A stretch of DNA of 64,000 nucleotides from Trypethelium eluteriae (taxonomy: Eukaryota). The notes below the pieces were generated by a model, which was not told the origin of the DNA, ran no database searches, and saw only the letters and a program-made list of their open reading frames with translations. Position numbers and translations under genes: made by a program. Shown here one piece after another: positions 11,358 through 22,767 of this stretch (the stretch's first letter is position 1; the number at the start of each line of letters is the position of its first letter). The stretch lies in the NCBI GenBank assembly GCA_051942245.1, contig JAVECL010000054.1, positions 1 to 64,000 of the forward strand, read 5' to 3'.

Positions 11358-11990
11358 TCATCTTGCCATAGATGCATCCGCCGGAACTCCCGCTCCAACC
11401 CCAGACTCAGCCTCTGCTCGTAGCAGCTCCTGCACCCGCCATATTTCTCTGATCCGGCGTATCTCCGCTCTGAACGCCTCCAACCTCTCTCTGTGCTGCG
11501 CTGCGAGCACCTGCCGCGCGGATGGTGCGAGGAGCTCGTCGACAGTGACGACGCGGCGACGGCTTCGGCCGCTGAAATCTATCGGGCCGATGCTGTGGAT
11601 GGGTATGGCCTCATATTGCGTCCAATTGCTGCGTCCAGGGGGTTGGGGGTTCTCCTGTGGAGTGCGAACGAAGTGCTCACTGCCGCCGTGTTGGGGGCCC
11701 CAGGGACGTGGCTCGCGGTCGGCGGTGCTGGCGAGCTTTTGGTCGTAAGCTGCACGCTTGATGGGGTCGCGGAGGGTCTCGTACGCTTCTTGGATGGCGT
11801 GGAAGTGTGCGCTGGTTTCTTCGTTCTGCGATTTGTCCGGATGGTATTGGAGGATAAGATGCTTGTATGCGGCGCGGATGTCAGTATCTGAGGCTCCTGG
11901 TACCAAGCCTAGGACTTCGTACAAGTTTTGGGTGTTGGATTGATTACTGACCGGAGGATTCCTCTCCATTTTGGGTAAGCTTTGGCCCAT
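11358..11990 (-). CDS. Small J-domain (DnaJ class C) protein
   Basis: NLYEVLGL...IRAAYKHLILQYHPDK...FHAIQEAYETLRDPIKRAAYD with intact HPD motif and a C-terminal coiled-coil-like segment. Confidence 0.9.
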   Translation of the reverse strand: MGQSLPKMERNPPVSNQSNTQNLYEVLGLVPGASDTDIRAAYKHLILQYHPDKSQNEETSAHFHAIQEAYETLRDPIKRAAYDQKLASTADREPRPWGPQHGGSEHFVRTPQENPQPPGRSNWTQYEAIPIHSIGPIDFSGRSRRRVVTVDELLAPSARQVLAAQHRERLEAFRAEIRRIREIWRVQELLRAEAESGVGAGVPADASMAR

Positions 11991-12583
11991 GATGTGTCGT
12001 TTTGCTACTTAAAAAATCCCACAGTCAAGATTCCGAGAGGAGATTAGACGTCCATCTCTTAAGTGCAGGAACCCAAATTTTATAAGTGATCCGGATGTGA
12101 AAAGATGGGACCTTCCGCAGTACAGTGACAGGAAACTGTGAGGCCTCGAGGTGATGATCACTGATACTCACACTATTCTTCCTGGACGGAAAGGCTTAGC
12201 TCATGCGGCAATCACAAACGGCCGATAGAGAAAGCCCGGAAGTCTACGAATTCTGGCTGCGCATTCATGTTTTGGATCAAGAAGCGGCGATTAACAGTTC
12301 GCCGCACTACCGACTTCCGGCCATTACAGATCTAGTATCAAGCCTATGGTCTCTCCTTGCCAGCTTACAGGATAGCATCGAGCCATTTCACAAGATATCA
12401 ATGTCATAAAGTCGTGAAGAAAGATTATGGTGGCGTAAATACTTATATTCGTACCTAAAAAATTGCGGTTATCGTTCTCCTTATTACCTACGTCCTCCCA
12501 TGGCCAGCATCGGGAAGACAGATGAACGCTCAAGACCACGAAGATGAAAGAGGAGTATTGAATAAAGACCAGCTCACTCCAGC

Positions 12584-13233
12584 CTACGCCTCTGCTAGTG
12601 CGACCCCGCCGTCTGCCTCAGGGTCTGATTCATCCCCTGAATCCTCACTAAGAGAGTCAGCAACGAAGTCACTGTCATTAGGATCATCATCCTGAACATC
12701 GGACTTGTCCGGTCCACTCTCGTGCTCTTCGAAGTCGCTGTCGTCAGCAGAGTCGCTATCCTCCACCTCGTCTGAATCTTCTTGGTCTCGTCAGAATCGT
12801 ACTCTACGAAATCGACGACCGCGACTAGTGCGCCGTCACTGTCGCTTGTATAGACTCTGGTCCGCAAAACATCACCCCGACGCCCAGCTTCCGATCGCCA
12901 TCTAGCAAACTCGGCCTCGCTCATTGTCATTTCCGCAACTGGCTCCAATGAATCAAGCGAGAAGTCCCGACAAATAACTTCTCTACAGAAAGTACAGGTG
13001 CCAGGGAGATCTCCTCTGATGCATTCAAGAAGCCATTCCTTGAGGCATAATCGACAAACGAGATGCTGTCCAGAGCATGGCAAGCGAATTGGCGCGTTGA
13101 GGTGGTTGGCGTCCGTAATGACAAAGTTCTCACGACAGATCGAGCAGTCGATGTCCTCGCTGGGTCCAAATGGAAGCACCCCAGTGGCTTCGTCAAGAAG
13201 GTCCTCCAAATTGGGAAGAAGGAAATCTGCCAT
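12584..13233 (-). CDS. RING-finger (C3HC4-like) protein with acidic tail; apparent 1-bp deletion near 12788
   Basis: CSIC...LPCSGQHLVCRLC...CTFCR. The Asp/Glu-rich tail (DQEDSDEVEDSDSADD...ALAEA*) lies in the neighbouring frame, joined at minus-strand GACGAGACCAA. Confidence 0.75.
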
Positions 13234-13848
13234 GATGGATTCTGTGCAACTGCGCCAGGGTCTTTCAGAATTTTTTAATCAAGTCTGACCTTCGTTTCTG
13301 TTGCAATTGGCGCTGAGGCAGAACTTAGTGACTCTGAGATGGAGAAGAGGTATATAGAGCTAGATTGTTTGGACTAAATGCGAGAGCTTTATAAGCAGAC
13401 GCATGGCTTTTGGACTTGTGACTTTGGGATATTCAGAGTGGCCTGGGTATATATAAGAATGAAGATATATCAAAGAGCTCATCGCAAAGTCACAAATCCT
13501 TATACAACGAATCTGTTGCTTTGTGATGTGAATCATGCCCTTACGCATTGCCACTGGGCTAATGTGAAAGTCGCGAAGCATAACGGACGGCGTAAAAAGC
13601 TTGGTGGTCTTTGGAGACGGATGATGTTCTAATCTCGATAGTTTTCATGGTCCTAGACAATGAGGCCAGGATTTTGCGCTTGGATTCAGTAGAAATTGAA
13701 GAGAAATTGATAAAAGCTATACCTAGAAATGCCACCCTATTGTCTACAGCCAAAGAAGAGCCTTAGTAAGGCTTGGAGCTAAAGAGCTCTGAGTGAATAC
13801 CTTCAACTTAACTAGCCTGGAAGCGCCTCTTAGTCAACAATCAAGGTA

Positions 13849-15270
13849 TCAATTTATGGACTCAATGTCATCTTGTTCTTGCCGAATCGCACTCTCATTC
13901 GCCGCTCCGGGAATCTGGCCTAGAATGATGCTTTTCCTGCACATTGGACATTCGCCGTTGGGCTTCTCCCGCCACAGTGGAGCCATGCATAGGAGGTGAA
14001 ACATGTGACGGCACGGTAGAAGATAACAGATATCACCAATCTTGTAATCTTCCAAGCAGATTAGGCAGTTTGGATACGCTTGATCAATAAAAGCTATTTC
14101 CAAGATCTTGAGATTAGCGATGGCGGTTGCGAGGCGAGGGTGTGGACCGCGAGTTTGTTCGAAGAACCCATGGTCTTCTGGAACTTGCTCCCACTGTCCC
14201 TCATTGACCGTATTCGTAGCGGTACCGATAGCGCTGGGTTGCCGCTGGTGACTGGTACTGCGCTGAAGACTTTCATTCGCATTTGAAGAATTGGGCACTA
14301 TGTCGTTGTTATAGTCTTGCAACCACTGGTCGGCCTCGTGCCACTCATACACACTAACGGGCATGGGATTCGACAGCCGTCGGGAAAGCAAGACACTCCG
14401 AATAGCGTCGAGATCTTGGTCTGGGTAATGAGTTCTGGAAAAGATGAAATCTTCCAGACGAACATCTGTGCTGCCGTCTTCTCGCATGATTGCTGCCCAG
14501 GTGTGTTCACCATTGGGGAGAGCACAGCAATTCCATAGAGATTCCCCACGACCGCGTCGGCCTATAAAACCCAGCTGCCTGTACAAGGCTCTCTGTGTGT
14601 CGCACCAATTGCTTTTGTGACAGACTGTATCCTGCGTGAGTAATGGGGCTGGGTATCCATAAAGTCCGTGTGTGTCTGCATGGTGTGTCACTCGATCATA
14701 CTCCTGCAAGTCTATGTCATTTTCATAGGCGTGGCGAGATCCCTGACCTGTTCGGTGTGGAAGCTGCCAAGTATTCTTATGCGTGTATTGAGCTTCCCAG
14801 GGTTCAAGCTTCTCATGCCATGAAGCTTCATCCGAGGGTCTGTACCTAAGGATCGGAGGTTGCCGCTCACCTGGATTAATCGATTGGCAACCCGGGATGC
14901 AGCAACGGGTATTCCATGTCGTAAGAGTGCCTTGTATGGAATTACTGGTCTCTTGCAACACTTGCTTCGCACGTCCGGACAAATTTAGGACGCGGACTAG
15001 ATCCTGTACACCGAGGTATTCGAATGGAACCGGGGTAAATTGACCGGAACTTCTCAAATCCCTAATACTCGGACGCCTTCTCCTGACCATAGGCAAATTG
15101 CGGACCTGTGAGGCAGGTTTGGAGTCATCAGAGTGCGCTCTAGGATGGGTGGCGTGCACAGGTGTCTGCGTGTTCTGTCGATGTGGCTGACCATGGTTCT
15201 GTCTGCCTCCATTGTTTGGGCGAGAATATTGACATGCTTGGGTAGAATTCGAATTGCCACGTCGCGGCAT
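13849..15270 (-). CDS. C-terminal RING-H2 finger protein (putative E3 ubiquitin ligase)
   Basis: 473 aa ORF with CLICLEDY...LPCRHMFHLLC...W...CPMCR. Confidence 0.85.
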   Translation of the reverse strand: MPRRGNSNSTQACQYSRPNNGGRQNHGQPHRQNTQTPVHATHPRAHSDDSKPASQVRNLPMVRRRRPSIRDLRSSGQFTPVPFEYLGVQDLVRVLNLSGRAKQVLQETSNSIQGTLTTWNTRCCIPGCQSINPGERQPPILRYRPSDEASWHEKLEPWEAQYTHKNTWQLPHRTGQGSRHAYENDIDLQEYDRVTHHADTHGLYGYPAPLLTQDTVCHKSNWCDTQRALYRQLGFIGRRGRGESLWNCCALPNGEHTWAAIMREDGSTDVRLEDFIFSRTHYPDQDLDAIRSVLLSRRLSNPMPVSVYEWHEADQWLQDYNNDIVPNSSNANESLQRSTSHQRQPSAIGTATNTVNEGQWEQVPEDHGFFEQTRGPHPRLATAIANLKILEIAFIDQAYPNCLICLEDYKIGDICYLLPCRHMFHLLCMAPLWREKPNGECPMCRKSIILGQIPGAANESAIRQEQDDIESIN

Positions 15271-15609
15271 GTTGTCTTCCTTGATGCTTTGCTCTTGTGG
15301 CTAATATGATCAACTCAAAGATGACGGGTTTCTCGGTCTAGCTTAGACATGGACAAATGTGTCTGTGAACGTGCGAACTGAAGTATTCTTTGCCGCCAGC
15401 ACTTGTGACATATAAATATGTGACGGTATGAGCTTTCATGCTGAAGCACGATATAGTCACTACCTGAGATCTAGCAAACTTTGTGAGATGTAGAGACAAA
15501 TGACAAGTGTGTTGGCACTGGAGCAAGGAGAACAAAGAGATTGAGAGGAAGTCAACAGAGAATACATTTGCTTCTATCTAGGAAGATGAATGAACTCAGG
15601 CATGAGAAT

Positions 15610-16464
15610 TCAGGTTTCTTTACTCTGAAGTTTTCCAAGGTTTGGCGTGGGCCGTCCTCCTTTACCCCGAAAAGGATGGCTTACACCGCAGGTAGGGCAG
15701 ATACCACCATTTCTTTGAGGCGCACTATTCCATGTTTGCTCAAGACATTCCATGTGAAACCGGTGCTCACAAGGTAGATCGTAGAAATGGTCCAGACTCT
15801 TGATGTATGTTCTGCATTGATTACAAAGAGCATTTGATGGTGGTGGCTTGAAAGGCTCTGCATACATAGTCCCAACTTGGGCTATTTTCAGTGCTGCAAT
15901 GACGCGAGGATGGAGGCGACCGTCCTGATGTTGAGGTCCGGTATTGGATGGCGTAGAACGAGACTCGCGCGAAGGTCCAGGAGCGACACCCCACTGCGCT
16001 TGATTCTCTAACATCCGAACAACAACTTCCGCCGAAATGCCGCCAACTGAGTTCTGTCCTTGGGGTTGGACCGTTGCCGAAGCCGATTGTGGTGGAAGTT
16101 TGGTCCGAAAATTCGATTGAGTAGGCTGCGCCGGAAGCCTCTGATCCAGAGTTGCCAAGTTGTTCGAGCTGAGCGGCATGCTCACCATGTCTGGTGCTGA
16201 TGATCTTGACGAAGAAGCAGCGGAGTTTAGTCTTAGTTCAGATCCGCGGAAAAGTACTCTTTCAAGGCTCTCTTGCGATGGGTTGTAGTTTTGATGCTCG
16301 TCATGCCCCGAATCAAAGCCCGTGCCATATGTGTCTTGCGTAGAACAACTCCTGGGTCCCGAATATTGGTGGATAGGGTGACGTGGTTGAATTTGACGTT
16401 GGTGGCCTCCGCGGTTCCGACCGGAGCCTCGCTGTCTAGAGTTGTTGTTCCGATGGCGTGGCAT
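15610..16464 (-). CDS. C-terminal RING-H2 finger protein, probable paralog of the neighbouring gene
   Basis: 284 aa ORF with CNQC...LPCEHRFHMEC...W...CPTC and a disordered N-terminus. Confidence 0.8.
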   Translation of the reverse strand: MPRHRNNNSRQRGSGRNRGGHQRQIQPRHPIHQYSGPRSCSTQDTYGTGFDSGHDEHQNYNPSQESLERVLFRGSELRLNSAASSSRSSAPDMVSMPLSSNNLATLDQRLPAQPTQSNFRTKLPPQSASATVQPQGQNSVGGISAEVVVRMLENQAQWGVAPGPSRESRSTPSNTGPQHQDGRLHPRVIAALKIAQVGTMYAEPFKPPPSNALCNQCRTYIKSLDHFYDLPCEHRFHMECLEQTWNSAPQRNGGICPTCGVSHPFRGKGGRPTPNLGKLQSKET

Positions 16465-17155
16465 ACTTATTGCAAGTGACCGAACTCCAAAGCGAGGGTG
16501 AAATCTGATCTATGAGATTATGAGGAAGCTAGTGCTGAGGTTGCCTGAAGATGAAAGGGTACAGACCATGCGCTGATCGTTGCAGCCGATATAAATCACC
16601 CAGATATTTGTAGGAGAATTGTCATTTGTGTGTAATGGTGAATGCCAGACATACGTTCTGTGAATCACTGAGAGGCCAACCATCGAAAGTTCTCAGCTCA
16701 AGATGCACTAAGTGATGTTCATTGTTTGTCAGCTTTGACCATGATTGTCAAATTTAAATGCCGCGTGTGAGAAAGTCAGGCTACGCGCTTTCTTTGGGGA
16801 TGTGTAGACAACGCAGATTACAGGCGTAGCTAGGCATGGACATGATGCAGTCTAAGAAGATATGTATTCAGGGATCGGTCTCGGCTAAGTTAAGAGATTT
16901 CGAGAAAGTAAGCTACTGCCAACGCAGAGAAGTCAGAATCCGAAGCGCCGAACGATCTCAATCGTAGACCGTTGATTGCGGAAAATCGGCCATGAATAGA
17001 AAAGCCTGGAGGAAGGCGCTCTGAGGATGTGCAAACACTTGGCTGCATGTTTAAAACGCCTGCGGTATTGGTGATTGACGATCCCTTGCGCCGGGGTCAA
17101 CAAATGGTATCTTCGCATTACCTAAAGAACTGAAAAACGCATCAGACATCGCCGC

Positions 17156-17871
17156 TTATCCAAATGGGTTACTGGCATCGTCCGGCATGACAAAGTCAGC
17201 CTTGTTGAATTCTCCTGTGATGTATGCGGCGAGGGCGTCCGCTTTCTTTCTCTGAATGTGGAGAATACCCAATTTAATGTCCTTTTGCTTCTCGTTCATC
17301 TCTATTGCCGATGAGCCGGTTGGAAGACTGCTAGGAGCAGCTGCTTTGAAGTCTTGCGTAGAAATTTCAGGCGCCGATGTTGAAGCGCGTTCCTGCAGGG
17401 GCTCGGTAGTCTCCTGGTGCAGTTCCTCGGGAGGGTAGCGGGGGTCTCCGGTGAACTCGGATGTCGCCTTGAATTCTCTTTGGCGCTTTGGTGGCACTCC
17501 CCCAACTAGAACCAGTAGTAACTTCTTTTGAAGTGACCGCACGATGATATTAGCGCTATCAAACTCGATAGTCAATGTCTCCAGCTTGCGCGAATCACTC
17601 GACTCCCCTTCCATACTGATCGAGTGAGCTTTCTCCTTTGCTGCCTTCGTATAGTCGTTCCAGCACATCGAAATCAAGGCCGCCTGGTCCCGCAGCTCCC
17701 TGATATCTGTTGGTGTGGTATAAGACATAAGCGTCCCATTAGGCGTCATAACACTGTGGCTTTGTTAGCGCAGTCCGTTATTTACGGAATTCTGACTTAC
17801 ATAAGACGCGGATAGAGCTTCTGATCGACATTGAGATTTAAGAACTCGCTCAATTTGACTGTATTTAGCAT
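17156..17871 (-). CDS. Roadblock/LAMTOR2-like protein (2 exons)
   Basis: Exon 17871-17801, canonical intron 17800-17754 (GTAAGT...GCTAAC...CAG), exon 17753-17156. MLNTVKLSEFL...VMTPNGTLMSY...AALISMCWNDY...KLLLVLVG resembles the Roadblock fold pattern. Confidence 0.6.
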
Positions 17872-18976
17872 GGCGAAAGATGGCCCTTTATGACGATAAT
17901 TAGTCCTGAGCTACACGATCAGATATCAAAGAGGCGTCAAGAACCCTCTGTAACTGTGAGATCGAAAGCCGGGAAGAACAGTGCGACCTCTTGGTGGCTG
18001 CTCGGTATGTTGCCCTCCATATTGGGAAGTGCGTATGGGAATGTTGAGAGAAGATCCAACAATGTGGTGGAAGAAGATGGTGGCGGAAAGAGGGTTCAGG
18101 GTAGAAAGCGAGTGTTCAAAATCTGCGTACAATATGCCACAAAAGTGAGATCGATTGCAAGACATTTCACTTACAAACAAGGCCGAGATGTGACAGCGAG
18201 TTGACTCTTGATTACACGTAGGGAGTCCTTGGTCGGGGCCACGCGCTACCGAGACTGCGAACGAACGACATTATATGCAGAGGGTAGAGCTAGGGAAAAC
18301 AACCGCAGCACGAAGTAAGAAGCGTGGGCAAAATTGAGTCAATGTTCAACGTACCGTGGTACTTGAGGTTTAAATCACCGTCGGCTTCCCCTGAATGATT
18401 CGGGGGCGACGGCGAAACATTCTTCCCAGCCTTGAGCCATCTTTCAACACGCGCCCATCCCTCAGATACAATCAAAGCCATCTTCCGTAACAGTCCATGG
18501 TATTCTCATCAGACATAACCTGCTTTGGCATTGAGACCCGAAAACTTGGACTTGGAGAATGCACCGACAAGAGGATGACTACGCATTTGCCACTAGGTTT
18601 CATACGCTTATGTGCAAGCAAACAGTGAGGACCTTACAACTTCCAAGTCAGGACGTTCATCTACCCATGCATGACTAGAGCACTTGAAAAACTGGATCAT
18701 CGTATCGAGACGCTGAGTTGTTGAAATTCTATCAAACGAAGGCGACTCTATGAAACAGTAATAGTCAAGGCAACCCTGCAACAAGACTAATCCTAGGGAG
18801 CGACCCAATGACTTGGCCAACGCGTGTTAAGACCAGGAATGGCTTGCTGGGCAGTTGAGTGGTTGCAGGTTTCCCTTCCAGCCATGGGTTCGTGCTCAAA
18901 CGCCCTATAATATAACCCATTAATCCGGAAAGCGCCTTCTGGAGACAAACGGACAAGCGGTGAAATGCCGATTTCG

Positions 18977-20755
18977 TCACAGCACGACAACGCTGGCTTC
19001 CAAAACCCCCTCTTCACTGATCAAATTCTTGATCACCTCGTCTTCAACCTCTCGGTCAATCTTGAGTATCATCAATGCCTCGTTTTTACCATCCTTGCCT
19101 TCGTCTTGTCCAATCTCTTTGTCCACCGGCGCGACTGTCATGGAGCTGATATTCACTCCTGCTTTGCCGAGCCTTTGTCCCACAATTCCAATTTTTCCTG
19201 GACTGTCAAAATTCCTACATATTAGCAATGCCCCTTCTGGCACAAAGCTCGTGCTAAATCGACTTAACTTCGAGATGTACGGTGTATTGTTCGACACGAA
19301 TCCCGCGATGACATGTTCGTCCTGACCGCCGGCACCAGCACCAGCCCCAGCAGTACCGCTCGCTCCTGTCCTCGCCCTGAGCACCACGGAACTCGAGTAC
19401 CCTTCCGCATCACCACCCTGACGCCTCCGCTGCTCGTTCACCGCAATCCCTCGATCCCTAGCCACCAGCTCCGCATTCACCATATTCACATTCAAGCCCT
19501 CTGAATCCGTAATCGGCTTCAGCAGGCCCTTCACCAGCGCCGCAAACAACGGCTTCGTGGTGTTCAGCCCCGCCAGCGCGCCCTCATACGCCAACTCAAA
19601 ATCCGTGCTGAACGCCGGACCCGTCGAGCCCGCCGCCGTCGTCCCCGTGCTATGCGCCGTCCTGGCAAAATGCTGCATATACAGCGCGCCCATGCGCTCC
19701 ACGAGCTCCACAAACGGCTTCAGCGTGCGGTACTCCTCGGGGAGGATAATCGGCGCGTTGACAGCGCTGCGCGGCAGCTCGCCCGTCAGGATCGCGCGCA
19801 CCTGCTCGCACACGTCGATCGACACGTTCTCTTGCGCCTCCACCGTCGACGCGCCCAGGTGCGGCGTCGCGACCACCTTCGGGTGCGCGATCAGGCGCGC
19901 GGCAGACGAGTCGGCGCCGCTGGGCGGTGGCTCGGAGGTGAAGACGTCGATGCCGGCCCCCGCGATGCTGCCGGCTTCGAGGGCGGCGAGCAGCGCCGTC
20001 TCGTCGATCATGCCGCCTCGCGCGACGTTGAGGATGCGTGCGCTGGGCTTCATGGTGGCGAGCTCGGCGGCGCCGATCATGCCTTTGGTGGAGGCGATGA
20101 GCGGGGTGTGGATGGTGAGGAAATCGGCTTCGGTGAGGATGGAAGCGAGGCCGGGGAGCAGCTTGACGGAGGCGGCGGCTGCGAGCTTCTGGTTCGCGTA
20201 CGGGTCGTAGGCGATGCAGTTCATGCCGAGCCCTTTGGCTGCGCGTGCGACGGTGAGCCCGACTTTGCCGACGCCGATGATGGCGAGGGTTTTGCCTTTG
20301 ACTTCGATGCCCGTCAGTCTGCTGCGCTCCCACTTGCCGGCTTTGAGACTCGCGCAGGCGTCGCCGATGTTGCGGGCTACGGCCATCATGAGGGCTATGG
20401 TGTGCTCGGCTGCGGCATTGATGTTGCCAACGGGGCTGTTCACTACAATGACTCCGTTCTTTGTAGCTGCTTCTACGTCCACATTATCTATCCCTACTCC
20501 TGCCCGAGCCACCACCTTAAGTTTCTTAGCAGCATCAAGAAGCGAAGCTGTGACTTTGGTCTCGGAGCGGATGATGAGGCCATCATAGTCTGCTATTATC
20601 CCTTGCAATTCTTCAGCACTCAGGCCACGTTTTTCGTCTACCTCAAAAGAAGATTGGAGAAGGGCAAGGCCGTCGGGGGAAACCTTTTCAGGAATAAGAA
20701 TCTTAGGGCGAGGAGAAGAAGTTCCGTTCGCTGCGCCGTTACTTGGTATAGGCAT
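18977..20755 (-). CDS. D-3-phosphoglycerate dehydrogenase, long (type I) form with ASB-like and ACT domains; intronless
   Basis: VARAGVGIDNVD, GVGKVG Rossmann motif, NVARGG, DVFTSEPP, TPHLGASTVEAQ and C-terminal ACT (NFDSPGKIGIVG...VNISSMTV). Confidence 0.95.
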   Translation of the reverse strand: MPIPSNGAANGTSSPRPKILIPEKVSPDGLALLQSSFEVDEKRGLSAEELQGIIADYDGLIIRSETKVTASLLDAAKKLKVVARAGVGIDNVDVEAATKNGVIVVNSPVGNINAAAEHTIALMMAVARNIGDACASLKAGKWERSRLTGIEVKGKTLAIIGVGKVGLTVARAAKGLGMNCIAYDPYANQKLAAAASVKLLPGLASILTEADFLTIHTPLIASTKGMIGAAELATMKPSARILNVARGGMIDETALLAALEAGSIAGAGIDVFTSEPPPSGADSSAARLIAHPKVVATPHLGASTVEAQENVSIDVCEQVRAILTGELPRSAVNAPIILPEEYRTLKPFVELVERMGALYMQHFARTAHSTGTTAAGSTGPAFSTDFELAYEGALAGLNTTKPLFAALVKGLLKPITDSEGLNVNMVNAELVARDRGIAVNEQRRRQGGDAEGYSSSVVLRARTGASGTAGAGAGAGGQDEHVIAGFVSNNTPYISKLSRFSTSFVPEGALLICRNFDSPGKIGIVGQRLGKAGVNISSMTVAPVDKEIGQDEGKDGKNEALMILKIDREVEDEVIKNLISEEGVLEASVVVL

Positions 20756-21226
20756 CGTAGAGAAGGGTTAGCGGTACAGGAGTGATGAAAAGAGCGCGGA
20801 ACAATGTTCTGCGGTCAAATAAGGATCCCGAAATGAGGGAATAGCCCAGACAGAGAAACAACCACGACGATGAGGTTGGGTACCTAAAGAAGTATCTAGG
20901 TAGGTAGTAGGTACAGTATCTTTAAATCTTTGTGGCACCATGGATTGCTCACATGCAGTAATCCTCTGCAAGCCCCGCCTGTGTGGGGGCCCCGCAATCC
21001 GTATTCTGTCACCCCACACTTCGCTCGAGCGCCATGGTGCGTTTCTAGCTTCTGCGACCGGTTATTTTGTCACCAACTTACGTCAGGGAGCATTCTTGAG
21101 GCAGAAAACGCAGGTGTGTTCGTTTCTCTTTGGTCAGAACATTTTATCCTGAATTCCTGCCAGTGCCAAAATGGGCATCCTGATATATGTACATGTAAAG
21201 TCTAGTCAAAGGTCCTTGAAGCTTAC

Positions 21227-22679
21227 CTACATATTCCAGCGTGGCTTGATCTTCTCGTTCTGCAAGACTTCTACCCAATAATTGTCCGGATCTGTAAGAA
21301 AAAGATTTTAGGACGTGCGCTGGCAGAGTTGGCAGGATACTTACCCAAGATAAACGCCACGTGCTTCATGCGACCATCTGTCAATCTCTTTTTCCAGTTG
21401 ACATTCAAACTTTCGAATCGAGAGCAAGCTGCCTCTGGTTGGATCTTAGCTAATAGTGTCCACAGTTTTTAAGTCTCCTGAGGCATACCCAAATCATCGA
21501 CGGTAATAGCGACATGACCGAAGCCCTGAGGCTGGTCATTGCCGTTGTGATATTTAAAACTTTCATCCTTCTCGGTCCCGTAATTCCATGTCAGCTCAAG
21601 TAGCCCTTCACGATCTGCAGTTGGATTCACGCCGTTCGGCGAGCTGCTTGATGCTGGCGGGCCATAGCCAAGGAAGTAAAGCGTAAAGCCGGCGTCTTTA
21701 TTCTCTGAAGTCCGTTTCAATTGCATGCCAAGGACGTCTCGGTAGAACTCTATCGACTTCTCAGGATCCTTGACACGGATCATGGTATGGTTCTGTATCG
21801 ATCGTTAAGAGAGGCTCCTCAGAAGAGATATAGAGCAATCTGAGAAGAGCTCACCATTCGATAAGTCGATAAATCAGTCTCTTTCACTCCCTCGGTCTTG
21901 TCCACTGGATTTCGAGCAATGACCTCGACCCAGTAATTGTCCGGATCTTGTATCGGGATACGAATCAGTAACAGTCTCCAAGATATCAGCTCCAAACCGT
22001 ACCCAAAACGAAGGCAATTGATCGCATTCGGCCGTCCGTCAGCTTCTTTTGGAACTCGTAACCAGCATCTTCGATTCTCTGGCACGCTGCCTGGATCTGT
22101 AGTCGCAAAGTAAGTCTTTCTTTAGTCCAGTACACAAAGCTCTTGTAGACAAGAAGGTAGTGGAAGGGCCTACGTTATCCACGCTGACACAAGTATGACC
22201 GAATCCTTTGTATGGTTCGGTATTGCCATTCGTGACCTTGTAATTATCATCGTTTTCGGTACCATAATTGTGGGTCATTTCGATGATGCCTTCTCGGTCA
22301 GTTACGTGGTTACCCGCAGAGGTGGCTTTTGGACTATCGTAAGCCATGAAGTACAGGTCAAATTTAGCTTCAGGCTGCTCAAATTTCTGGATCAATTTCA
22401 TGCCGAGGAATTCGTAGAACTTGACAGAGCGAGCTGGATCCTTGATCCGGATCCTATGTCGCCAGTCAGAGTCAGCGATAGTCCTGAAGATTGAATTGAG
22501 CGCCTCAGATCCTACATAGAATGATTAAACTTGTATTTACTAGGATCAGTGGCCATGGTAGCGAAGGTTTTGTGAAACGGAAGTGTCCTAATTGGCAGTT
22601 GGGGATCCCTGAAATGCTTTGAGCAGGTCAATATGTCTCTTGACAAGCGACTAAAGAGATTGGGCGTGAAGGCTTGCAT
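21227..22679 (-). CDS. GLO1: Glyoxalase I (lactoylglutathione lyase), multi-exon, two VOC halves; alternative starts at 22679 and 22556
   Basis: NHSM/NHTMIRVKDP, FDLYFM/FTLYFLGY, EMTHNYGTE/ELTWNYGTE, GFGH and DPDNYWVEV each occur twice. Stop TAG at 21227-21229. Confidence 0.95.
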
Positions 22680-22752
22680 CAATGGGTGAATAATTGCAAA
22701 ATTCTGAGAATAGAAATCAACCACCACTTATGAAAGAGTCCTTTCCGCGCCG

Positions 22753-22767
22753 CACGTGGTGACGTCA
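22753..22767. promoter_or_regulatory. Adjacent E-box (CACGTG) and perfect CRE palindrome (TGACGTCA) upstream of GLO1
   Basis: CACGTG at 22753-22758 and TGACGTCA at 22760-22767, about 75-90 nt upstream of the first GLO1 ATG. Confidence 0.5.

Noticed and set aside
18977..20755. Horizontal transfer of an intronless, bacterial-like type I PGDH
   Set aside because: Long-form PGDH is, to my knowledge, common in filamentous ascomycetes, and the high GC is local and shared with other native genes here.
19557..20785. Long overlapping and antisense ORFs (377, 227, 217 aa) over PGDH
   Set aside because: Shadow ORFs expected from extreme GC3; low-complexity Arg/Ala/Gly products with no motifs.
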